Source: a virus (Duplodnaviria; Heunggongvirae; Uroviricota; Caudoviricetes). Taken from it: DNA of 64,000 nucleotides. The DNA lies in the IMG/VR virus record IMGVR_UViG_3300027628_000007, one strand, 5' to 3'. Shown here piece by piece: positions 8,840 to 16,511 of this stretch (position 1 is its first letter; the number at the start of each line of letters is the position of its first letter). The notes below the pieces were generated by a model. It saw only the letters and a program-made list of their open reading frames with translations. It did no database searches and had not been told where the DNA came from. The position numbers were made by a program, and so were the translations under genes.

Positions 8840-9193
8840 TTAATATTCTACGACTCTTAGACTTAATCCTTCTTTTTTAGCTAAATCTATCATGTGTTTA
8901 GTTCCTTTACTTTTACCATCCCAAAACGCCACACATGCATCAGCATATTTTGCCATGTCCCAATTGCGTATGAAGCCTGCTTGCTTACCAAGACCATCCC
9001 AATCTGGAATGAATCTTTTAATCTTGCAACCATGTTCTCTTGCAAATCTTTCTCCCAGAGAATCAGCACCTCTAGCTCCACCAGAGACAATTTCAACTTC
9101 TGTCAAATCATATTTAGATAAAAGGTGGAGCAGTTTGAATTTCAATAATCTATAGCTGTCAAAGTCTCTGCTCCCTGCAATAATTAATCTCAA
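8840..9193 (-). CDS. SLOG/DprA-like Rossmann-fold protein (DUF2493-like)
   Basis: N-terminal IIAGSRDF...VSGGARGAD pattern typical of Smf/DprA-LOG superfamily phage proteins. Confidence 0.5.
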   Translation of the reverse strand: MRLIIAGSRDFDSYRLLKFKLLHLLSKYDLTEVEIVSGGARGADSLGERFAREHGCKIKRFIPDWDGLGKQAGFIRNWDMAKYADACVAFWDGKSKGTKHMIDLAKKEGLSLRVVEY

Positions 9194-9609
9194 TCAATCA
9201 CCTCAACATCATAAACCTTTAAGTTCTCGAATAACACATCTTTGTCGGCAGACTTAAATTTGATTGTTGCAGTTTCATATTGTTTTAATTTTGCAACTTC
9301 TTGTTGTATATTCCAAAGGTAATGAGCATCGTATTTATCTTCATCTAAAAATTCATAGATGTGATAGAATAATTTCTCTCCATCATCGCCTTGTGGTACA
9401 TGAGACTCTAAGTATTTATCTGAAACGTAATCGACTTCAATAGTTGCCATTGTTTCAGAGTGCTTGCCATCAAGCTCATATATGTATGTAGTAAAATCAA
9501 AACCATCTTTAATTTCTTCCCAAACATCTACAGGTAAAAACACCTCTTCATAATATGTAGCTTCACTGTAATATGCTTCAACATCAATTGATAATTGTAC
9601 GTAACTCAT
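9190..9609 (-). CDS. hypothetical protein
   Basis: ORF track; overlapping start/stop with neighbours. Confidence 0.6.
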   Translation of the reverse strand: MSYVQLSIDVEAYYSEATYYEEVFLPVDVWEEIKDGFDFTTYIYELDGKHSETMATIEVDYVSDKYLESHVPQGDDGEKLFYHIYEFLDEDKYDAHYLWNIQQEVAKLKQYETATIKFKSADKDVLFENLKVYDVEVID

Positions 9610-9818
9610 TTTATCTTCTCCTTTTCATCATCTATCCATTTAACATCTTCCCAAAACAACTTATAACCGCTTGATGTATAAGCTTGGTATGCAACTTGAC
9701 GAATCTTTACAGTCTCTAGCCATCGCCATTCGTGATTTAATTTTTTAGGAAACCATAGAAATTCAGTTGCAATTCTAGTATCGCCAACATGTTTAGGCGT
9801 ACTTGATATCCATCTCAT
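9606..9818 (-). CDS. hypothetical protein
   Basis: ORF track. Confidence 0.55.
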   Translation of the reverse strand: MRWISSTPKHVGDTRIATEFLWFPKKLNHEWRWLETVKIRQVAYQAYTSSGYKLFWEDVKWIDDEKEKIK

Positions 9819-9869
9819 GTTCTCACTCCTTCATAAAACGACACTTTTATCTAGTTTAAAACACTATAT

Positions 9870-10367
9870 CTAGTTGCCGTCACGATACCATCTTACCTTA
9901 TTTAGTAGGTCAACTGTTAATTCCGTTTCATTCGTAAGATATGTTCTCTCACCATCAAGCACATAGAAGATTTTCTCTCTCTTGAAACGAAACGCCTTAA
10001 TTGCATCATCGAATTTCATTGGATGAATATTTTTAAAGAAGTTGTCCAATCTTTCTTGATATGTATCAGATGCAGAGAAGAAGTCTGCAAGAATCTCTCT
10101 TGACTTTCTATAAGGAGTCTCCCAATCATCACTCTCATGGTCTTCATACACAACTGAATATTCTTCATCTCCTAAAACAAAGCTTGTGCTAGGGATACTA
10201 TCATTCTCATACGCTCTGAATTGCTCTGCTGTGATATATCCTTTTCCTAAAGCCCAAAACATGAAATTATACTCATTGATGTAAGAGCTAAAGTAATCTA
10301 CAAAATCCTCTCCTGCTTCTTGTTCCCATTCAATAATCGCTTCGCAAATCTCTTCTTTTGTACGCAT
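9870..10367 (-). CDS. hypothetical protein
   Basis: ORF track. Confidence 0.6.
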   Translation of the reverse strand: MRTKEEICEAIIEWEQEAGEDFVDYFSSYINEYNFMFWALGKGYITAEQFRAYENDSIPSTSFVLGDEEYSVVYEDHESDDWETPYRKSREILADFFSASDTYQERLDNFFKNIHPMKFDDAIKAFRFKREKIFYVLDGERTYLTNETELTVDLLNKVRWYRDGN

Positions 10368-10368
10368 A

Positions 10369-10722
10369 TTATTCTTCCTCCATCATTTCGTAAGCATCTC
10401 CATAACCTTCCCAATTATCTACACCACAAGCTTCTAAGCAGTTTAAAAACTCTTCACGCTCTTCTAGATAATCAAGACGTTCCTGTGTGATTTTGACAAA
10501 CTTCTCTTCTTCTTTATCCGCTTCAAACATCACAGACCATACATCCTCATCGAAGCTAAGTATTGGGACAAGATGAGTTGCTCCATCTACATTCCATCGC
10601 AAAGCACCAGTATCATCAATGATTGCGTATCCAATTTCTCCATCTGGAAACTCAACTTTAAACTTAGTTCCATATCCAAATTTATCTTCTTGAATACCTT
10701 TAGCTACTTCCCAACGTTTCAT
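10369..10722 (-). CDS. hypothetical protein (acidic)
   Basis: ORF track; promoter copy immediately upstream. Confidence 0.6.
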   Translation of the reverse strand: MKRWEVAKGIQEDKFGYGTKFKVEFPDGEIGYAIIDDTGALRWNVDGATHLVPILSFDEDVWSVMFEADKEEEKFVKITQERLDYLEEREEFLNCLEACGVDNWEGYGDAYEMMEEE

Positions 10723-10742
10723 TTAATTTCCCCCTTGGTTAT

Positions 10743-10771
10743 AATATATCATTATCTTTTGTTTTTGTAAA
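10743..10771 (-). promoter_or_regulatory. sigmaA-type promoter (TTTACA-17-TATATT)
   Basis: Family spacer CAAAAGATAATGA. Confidence 0.5.
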
Positions 10772-10773
10772 CC

Positions 10774-11049
10774 CTAAATTTCTTCATAAATTGTTTCTGC
10801 AATTATTCTAGCTAGTTCTGCATGTTTCTTCTCTGGTGTGAAGCATTTTATAGCATCGAATAGCTTTCTTGGAAGTTCTAACAACCTATGCATGTTAGCA
10901 TTCTCCATTTCGTCTTCAACAATCTCCAAAATTATATCTGGGTCTGTAATATCATTAAATGGGATTGTTACAAATCCGTCAAGGTCGTCATATCTTGAAT
11001 CAGCAAAATAGTAGCCATCTTCGTATATTACTTGTACAATGTGCTCCAT
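10774..11049 (-). CDS. hypothetical protein
   Basis: ORF track. Confidence 0.6.
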   Translation of the reverse strand: MEHIVQVIYEDGYYFADSRYDDLDGFVTIPFNDITDPDIILEIVEDEMENANMHRLLELPRKLFDAIKCFTPEKKHAELARIIAETIYEEI

Positions 11050-11321
11050 TATTTAAGACCTTCCACAACATAGAAATTAGTATGCTTTGCAAAATCGTAA
11101 TCAATAAATTCATTGTATAGATAGCTAATAAAATCACCATCAACTTCATCTTTAAACTCACGAATACGTACTTCAATGTAATAATCGCTACTGTCAAACA
11201 CCATTAAAGTCAAGTTGTGTTTAACCATGTCTTCATATACTTCTTGTGCATTGAAATACTTCTCGAAATCTTGTGCAGAATAATCTCCACCAGATACATG
11301 TAATAGAATTGTTTTATTCAC
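11049..11321 (-). CDS. hypothetical protein
   Basis: ORF track. Confidence 0.6.
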   Translation of the reverse strand: MNKTILLHVSGGDYSAQDFEKYFNAQEVYEDMVKHNLTLMVFDSSDYYIEVRIREFKDEVDGDFISYLYNEFIDYDFAKHTNFYVVEGLK

Positions 11322-11688
11322 TCTTAAATTCCTCCTTGACTACTTTAAACATAATTACTTTCGACCCTTCACTTACATCACGTAAAGCATCGCTATAATC
11401 CTTTTCAGCCTTCTCTAATGTGTCATGGTAAATCTCATCTTCTGACTCATCATCGTAAACCATCCATTTACCTTCTTCTTTTTTTGGGGCTAAAGGCGGT
11501 GCTAAATTACCCCATCGCTCTTCATAAAATTTTACAAATCCTTCCATAATTTCTTTTGCCTGTGTTAAGCCTTCAAAAAACCCATCGCCTTTAGGAGTCT
11601 CAAAACCTCTATTCTTCATCTCTATCATTAAATCTATTGTCTCTAAAGACATTCCTAGTGCAAGAGCTTTGATGCTACTTTCATTCAT
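11314..11688 (-). CDS. hypothetical protein
   Basis: ORF track. Confidence 0.6.
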   Translation of the reverse strand: MNESSIKALALGMSLETIDLMIEMKNRGFETPKGDGFFEGLTQAKEIMEGFVKFYEERWGNLAPPLAPKKEEGKWMVYDDESEDEIYHDTLEKAEKDYSDALRDVSEGSKVIMFKVVKEEFKSE

Positions 11689-11690
11689 AG

Positions 11691-12251
11691 TTATTTCACC
11701 TCGTTTTGGTATAGAATCCCTGCAATAATGTTTCTTGTAAACATCTGCTTATCTCTGACATTCTTAATTACATAATCGTAGTCAACTCTGTTTTTCATTT
11801 CATCATCATATAATTCAATTCTTGCTACAGCATTCTCAATTGAGTCTCCACGAAGTAACATGTTCGCCATGCAATCTTCTTTACTCATATGTAGGAAGAT
11901 TCCTACTGCATCTGGAAACTTTTCTTTCACCTGTTTGTAGCCATCGTAATTAACAATTATGTATACGTTTTCTGCTTCACTCATACGTCTTTTAATTTCT
12001 TCTACTGAAATCCCATACAAGTGACCGTCATATTCAATGTATTCTGCAAATTCGCCACCGTCAATCCCTACTTGGAAATAATCTTTGTCAATGTAATAAT
12101 ATGTTTGACCATCAACCTCTCCATCTCTCATAGGACGTGTTGTATGAGAAACACATTCTAGTAATGCATGTTTACCAAGATAGTTTTGTACCATTTCCAT
12201 AATACTAGTTTTCCCTGTTCCGCTAGGTGCGGTAACTAAAATTAATGCCAT
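11691..12251 (-). CDS. guanylate kinase-family nucleoside monophosphate kinase
   Basis: P-loop APSGTGKTS plus the guanylate-kinase signature SHTTRPMRDGEVDGQTYYYI. Confidence 0.8.
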   Translation of the reverse strand: MALILVTAPSGTGKTSIMEMVQNYLGKHALLECVSHTTRPMRDGEVDGQTYYYIDKDYFQVGIDGGEFAEYIEYDGHLYGISVEEIKRRMSEAENVYIIVNYDGYKQVKEKFPDAVGIFLHMSKEDCMANMLLRGDSIENAVARIELYDDEMKNRVDYDYVIKNVRDKQMFTRNIIAGILYQNEVK

Positions 12252-12430
12252 TAGATTCTACCTCCAATTAAAATATATGAATCTGCTAAAGCCCAAGATA
12301 AGAAGTAAATAATAAGTATCGACCATAATGTTGTAATCCATCTGCCTTTGTCTTTGTCGATATATAGCATGTAAGATGCTAGTGCACAAAATATAACTTC
12401 TAGAATTATTTTTGTAATCATATCAATCAT
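12251..12430 (-). CDS. small membrane protein (about 59 aa), not in ORF track, translationally coupled to neighbours
   Basis: Manual translation MIDMITKIILEVIFCALASYMLYIDKDKGRWITTLWSILIIYFLSWALADSYILIGGRI; its stop overlaps the gmk-like start (TAATG). Confidence 0.4.
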   Translation of the reverse strand: MIDMITKIILEVIFCALASYMLYIDKDKGRWITTLWSILIIYFLSWALADSYILIGGRI

Positions 12431-12689
12431 CCTTTTTACGTTGTAGTTTGCTTAGTAGTGGTTCAAGTAATATTGCCCACGTCTGTGTTCCAATGTCTAG
12501 CAACCAGTAGACCTTCCCAGAAAACTTAGCGTTCCAGAATGGCATCATTATGGTCTCTATTTTCATCCTTTCGTCATCTGTTATCTCTTTACGTAAATCT
12601 GATTCAAACATTTGGGAAACCATGAATCCTGTGAGCAGGAATATCATAAACGTCCATGATAAGAATCCCATAATATACATGTATGCCAT
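12423..12689 (-). CDS. membrane protein; start moved to the ATG at 12689 (AGGAGGTGAcagaATG)
   Basis: The track start at 12788 overlaps the upstream gene by 88 nt. The internal start has a perfect RBS directly after the upstream stop. Confidence 0.5.
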   Translation of the reverse strand: MAYMYIMGFLSWTFMIFLLTGFMVSQMFESDLRKEITDDERMKIETIMMPFWNAKFSGKVYWLLDIGTQTWAILLEPLLSKLQRKKDD

Positions 12690-12700
12690 TCTGTCACCTC

Positions 12701-12949
12701 CTAGTGATGATGATGGTCGATTCCCAATGCCCAACCAGTTAGGATTGAGAAGATACCAAAGATAAAGTTTTCTACTACAGGAGTCCAAGCACGAATATCG
12801 TAGGCACTGATATCAATCAATCCCCATGCTCCAATTCCTGCAACAATCAAGTGAATGACTCCTTCTAAAGTGTTTAACCATGATAAGCTCTTCATTATGT
12901 ATTTCCCTGTCTTAGTTTCAAGGAAAAAGTGTTTTAAATATTTTTTCAT
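12701..12949 (-). CDS. membrane protein ending in a natural His4 tail (..GIDHHHH)
   Basis: Two to three TM helices; C-terminal HHHH. Confidence 0.6.
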   Translation of the reverse strand: MKKYLKHFFLETKTGKYIMKSLSWLNTLEGVIHLIVAGIGAWGLIDISAYDIRAWTPVVENFIFGIFSILTGWALGIDHHHH

Positions 12950-12966
12950 TTTATCACCTCATGTTT

Positions 12967-12995
12967 ATTATACGATTATCTTTTGCTATTGTCAA
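12967..12995 (-). promoter_or_regulatory. sigmaA-type promoter, perfect TTGACA-17-TATAAT
   Basis: attata cgattatcttttgctat tgtcaa on plus strand. Confidence 0.7.
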
Positions 12996-13485
12996 TAACA
13001 TTTCCCTCAAATTTATACCATTTAAATAAATATTGTCTAAGAGTATAACAACGCTTATAACCCCATGTCTTAAACGGCTTACTAACTCTTGTCTCTTTGA
13101 TTTCTTGTAGCTTACTAGGTTTGAGCACTGTAAACTCTGGACTATCAGTTAGCCATCCATTAACCCATAATACACAAGCATCTTGTGCAAGATAGCTTAG
13201 TAACTGGTCTTTCTTAAATCTAAACTCATAGTCCATGCTGTTGTTATATTTGACTTCTATTGGCTTGCCATTGATTTTGAAATCAGCATTTGTATTAGCA
13301 CTATCAACGACTGCACCACTATTATCTGTACCATTATCCTCGATAACAACTTCCAAACCATGTTTGATGCGTAGATGTTCTGCATACGCATCAATTATGA
13401 TTCTCTCAATCTTATGTGATTCCTTTATATCTTTGGCAAACTCATCATCATTTCGCCAATCCTTCCGATAATCATTATGTAGCAT
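12976..13485 (-). CDS. hypothetical protein, possible PD-(D/E)xK-like fold
   Basis: IEDNG...D...EVK arrangement; weak. Confidence 0.5.
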   Translation of the reverse strand: MLHNDYRKDWRNDDEFAKDIKESHKIERIIIDAYAEHLRIKHGLEVVIEDNGTDNSGAVVDSANTNADFKINGKPIEVKYNNSMDYEFRFKKDQLLSYLAQDACVLWVNGWLTDSPEFTVLKPSKLQEIKETRVSKPFKTWGYKRCYTLRQYLFKWYKFEGNVIDNSKR

Positions 13486-13495
13486 TTAAAACACC

Positions 13496-13828
13496 TCAAC
13501 GATTACGTTTACGAGATTTCTTTGCTTGTTTACGCTTTGACTTGTCTTTTGCTTTCTGTTTGTTATTCTTGAATTTAGGGACTCCATAACCACTATTCAT
13601 CATCTTGCTCACAGCTTGAAGATGCTTCATAACTTCCTCTTCCGTCATTCCTTCTTCTTGTGCAACTTCTTTAACAATGTCTTGCAAATTCTTTTGTTTA
13701 ATCTCTTTTTCTTCACCACTTTCCATTATCGTTTCAATATCTTGATGACATCCTTCTTTATACTGTGCTGTTCTACCTAAACCTGCAACTGCATCTGCAA
13801 CTAATTTATCTAAGTTTTGCTTTTCCAT
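13496..13828 (-). CDS. small protein with polybasic C-terminal tail (paralog of next gene)
   Basis: C-terminus KFKNNKQKAKDKSKRKQAKKSRKRNR. Confidence 0.6.
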   Translation of the reverse strand: MEKQNLDKLVADAVAGLGRTAQYKEGCHQDIETIMESGEEKEIKQKNLQDIVKEVAQEEGMTEEEVMKHLQAVSKMMNSGYGVPKFKNNKQKAKDKSKRKQAKKSRKRNR

Positions 13829-13839
13829 AATAACACTCC

Positions 13840-14055
13840 TTAACGATTTTTTCTTTGAGATTTTTTAATCATCTTGCGTTTAGCTTTATCATTTGATTTT
13901 TGCTTATTGGTCTTAGGTGTTTCGAAAGACATATTTTTAAGCATATCAACATATGACATAAGCCCTCTCAACGCATTGTTATCCTTTGCATGTTTTACAA
14001 TCATCTTAGGCGACTCTTCTTTTATTCCTGCTCCCCAGATTCTCATAGATAACAC
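13840..14055 (-). CDS. small protein with polybasic C-terminal tail (paralog of previous gene)
   Basis: C-terminus KTNKQKSNDKAKRKMIKKSQRKNR; same architecture as 13496..13828. Confidence 0.55.
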   Translation of the reverse strand: MLSMRIWGAGIKEESPKMIVKHAKDNNALRGLMSYVDMLKNMSFETPKTNKQKSNDKAKRKMIKKSQRKNR

Positions 14056-14079
14056 TCCTTTATGTTTTACTATACTACG

Positions 14080-14108
14080 ATTCTATCATTATCTTTTACG
14101 CTTGTCAA
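14080..14108 (-). promoter_or_regulatory. sigmaA-type promoter (TTGACA-17-TAGAAT)
   Basis: Family spacer. Confidence 0.55.
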
Positions 14109-14148
14109 TGGGCAAAAAAGAAAGAAGAGAAAAAATTCTCTTCTTAAA

Positions 14149-14964
14149 TTATTTACCGCTTTGACCTAGTTTAGTAGTTCCACGCTCTGATTCAATTTTT
14201 TGTAAATCGTTAAATGAAATTTCTTTAACGATTGGTTCAACTACTAGGTCGATAGTTCCTTGTGCAACTGCTTTTGAGTATGGGTAAAGAATTACATTCT
14301 CTTGATACTCAATCTTATCTACTTCACTAGTGATTAATACGTCTTTATGTAAAGGGGTAAGAGCTAGGAAAATCTCATCACGATATCCAGAGTCAATTAC
14401 ACCTGCTAAGACTGATACAGATGGTTTTGCTGTTGACCCACGCTCATGCTTAGTGTTTAAGTAATGAGTTGTAGGTAATGCAGATGCTACACCTGTAGGT
14501 ACTAAAGTTGTTTTAAATGCAGGTAAGTAGATTTCAAATACATCTTCTCCATCAACTTCTCTAGGCTCTACGCAAGCGTAGAAGTCCCAACCTGCATCTT
14601 CTTTACGCTTAGAAGGGATAATTCCTTCTGGACGTACTTTTGCAAAGAATACTTCTGGATGCATAATAGTATTATACAGCTCTTGTACTTTACGATGTAA
14701 CTCTGCTACATCCATAACTTCTAAACTACCAGATACTAACTTGCCTTTCTTAGCTTTCTCTGGATGTTCTTTGAAGAATTTATCCTTTGCTTTGTACTTC
14801 AACTTGTCAATATCCCACATTTTGACAGTCAACTCTTTATCTTCTACTTTCACTACTGCTTCTAATTTTGCCTTGTCAATAGACAGGATTTTGCCTTCTT
14901 TCTTCTCTGCAATAACCCATACTACTTCATCAACTTTGTAAAAACGCTTTGCTTTCTTTTCCAT
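14149..14964 (-). CDS. dut: dUTP pyrophosphatase (dUTPase) with about 95-aa N-terminal extension
   Basis: dUTPase motifs DAGWDFYA, TGVASALP region, GVIDSGYRDEIF. Confidence 0.8.
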   Translation of the reverse strand: MEKKAKRFYKVDEVVWVIAEKKEGKILSIDKAKLEAVVKVEDKELTVKMWDIDKLKYKAKDKFFKEHPEKAKKGKLVSGSLEVMDVAELHRKVQELYNTIMHPEVFFAKVRPEGIIPSKRKEDAGWDFYACVEPREVDGEDVFEIYLPAFKTTLVPTGVASALPTTHYLNTKHERGSTAKPSVSVLAGVIDSGYRDEIFLALTPLHKDVLITSEVDKIEYQENVILYPYSKAVAQGTIDLVVEPIVKEISFNDLQKIESERGTTKLGQSGK

Positions 14965-15001
14965 GTTTATAACCCCTTTGGTTTATGTATTTTGTAATAT
15001 T

Positions 15002-15030
15002 ATTATACTATTATTTTTTGTTTCTGTCAA
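15002..15030 (-). promoter_or_regulatory. sigmaA-type promoter, perfect TTGACA-17-TATAAT, upstream of dUTPase
   Basis: attata ctattattttttgtttc tgtcaa. Confidence 0.7.
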
Positions 15031-15039
15031 ACGTATGTA

Positions 15040-15351
15040 TTACGAAATCTTGCCTGCTTGTTCAAGGATTTCTTTCAGCTTAGACATGCCAACACCACTA
15101 TAAACTGTGATTGTCATTTCGTCAATTTCTTCTTTCGTCATTTTCTTTAAATCCTCTGCATCAACATCTTCACTTAATAGTAAGAATGTTGGAGCACTCA
15201 TAATGCCTAGCTTCTGGGCAATTTGAGGATTCATATTCATATTGATTTTTTCATCCTTTTCAAGCACAACACCGAATGCATTCTTCAATGTTTCATCTGC
15301 CATCTTACAAGGTGTACAGTTAGATTTTTCTAATTTAAATAATTTTGCCAT
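15040..15351 (-). CDS. thioredoxin/NrdH-like redoxin (CxxC)
   Basis: N-terminal SNCTPCK motif, about 100 aa, immediately downstream of nrdIEF. Confidence 0.7.
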   Translation of the reverse strand: MAKLFKLEKSNCTPCKMADETLKNAFGVVLEKDEKINMNMNPQIAQKLGIMSAPTFLLLSEDVDAEDLKKMTKEEIDEMTITVYSGVGMSKLKEILEQAGKIS

Positions 15352-15399
15352 ATAGTATCTCTCCTAATTTTTATTAGGCAGGAATTACCCTGCCTAATT

Positions 15400-15428
15400 A
15401 TTATATCATTATAGTTTGCTTTTGTCAA
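15400..15428 (-). promoter_or_regulatory. sigmaA-type promoter, perfect TTGACA-17-TATAAT, upstream of thioredoxin gene; 10-bp-stem hairpin (15373..15398) directly downstream
   Basis: attata tcattatagtttgcttt tgtcaa. Confidence 0.7.
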
Positions 15429-15431
15429 ACA

Positions 15432-16496
15432 TTAATTTAATCTGTCGAAAATAAAATCATCATCAGTAATTGGTTTGACATTTACAGTCTTAATGTAACC
15501 ATTTCCCTTTGTAGAGAAGAAATCGTGTGTCTTAGTAGACGTGTTAAGACCGTTTAAAACGATAGGATTAATACGTTTCTCTGGGAATGTATTCTCTAAT
15601 CCTAAGTTCTGTAAAGCTTTGTTTGCATTGTAGTACAAGAAGTCTTTTACTTCATGGTCAAGGTTAATGTCTGCATATACATCTTCTGTATATTTAAACT
15701 CATTACCCATTAACAGATACATCAAGTTGTAAACTTCATTTCTAGCCTTTTCTTTTTCTTCTTCTGTGAATCGCTCAAAGATTTCTTGTGCTAGTTTTCC
15801 AACATAGACACCATGAATGCTCTCATCACGCAAGATAAGATTGATAATCTCACCAGATGCAACCATACGACCTTTACCGTCTTGTGCACCACCACCACCT
15901 GCTAGATACAGTGGGAAGAAGAAACCAGAATAGAATAAGAATGATTCAAGGAATACAGATGCAACCATTGCCATATACAGACTGTAATCATCTGTAATGT
16001 TATCGTAATAGCTTGTGATGATATTGGCTTTGAATTGCAAGTATGGATTCTCTTGCACCCACTCAAACACTTCATCAATCTCTAAACCATTTAACAGAGT
16101 TGTGAAGATTGTAGAATAAGATTTTGCATGAATCTCTTCCATAGTACCCATGAATGAAAGTACCGCTTTACGCTGATTACCTTTGATAAATTCAGCGATA
16201 CGTGGCATACCGATATTACCTTGCTTAGTATCTAATAGAGTCAGACCGCCAAGCACTTTACGATATACTTCTTTCCATTCTGGTGAAAGAGACTTCCACA
16301 CTTTTGCATCCTTTGTAGGTGTAAATTCTGTATCAATCCAAAACTGACTAATGTTTTGTTCCCAGAATTTCTGTGTGAAATCATCTTCTTCTTCATTCCA
16401 GTTCACCGCATCGTGCAAGACTTTTCTCGCACCATGCAGTTTTTCAATTTCTTTTATAAGTTTCTCGTTGCTATATTTCAATGTGTTAAAATCCAT
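15432..16496 (-). CDS. nrdF: ribonucleotide reductase class Ib beta subunit
   Basis: R2 ferritin-like iron ligand pattern, tyrosyl radical region IHAKSYSTIF; follows nrdE. Confidence 0.9.
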   Translation of the reverse strand: MDFNTLKYSNEKLIKEIEKLHGARKVLHDAVNWNEEEDDFTQKFWEQNISQFWIDTEFTPTKDAKVWKSLSPEWKEVYRKVLGGLTLLDTKQGNIGMPRIAEFIKGNQRKAVLSFMGTMEEIHAKSYSTIFTTLLNGLEIDEVFEWVQENPYLQFKANIITSYYDNITDDYSLYMAMVASVFLESFLFYSGFFFPLYLAGGGGAQDGKGRMVASGEIINLILRDESIHGVYVGKLAQEIFERFTEEEKEKARNEVYNLMYLLMGNEFKYTEDVYADINLDHEVKDFLYYNANKALQNLGLENTFPEKRINPIVLNGLNTSTKTHDFFSTKGNGYIKTVNVKPITDDDFIFDRLN

Positions 16497-16511
16497 TATA
16501 TCATATCCTCC

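Noticed and set aside
15373-15398. Hairpin TTAGGCAGG...CCTGCCTAA read as terminator of nrdF
   Set aside because: It is followed on the coding strand by an A-rich, not U-rich, stretch and overlaps the predicted start site of the perfect promoter at 15400..15428. It is more likely a 5-prime leader stem-loop or protein-binding site, so it is kept only as a note in the promoter feature.
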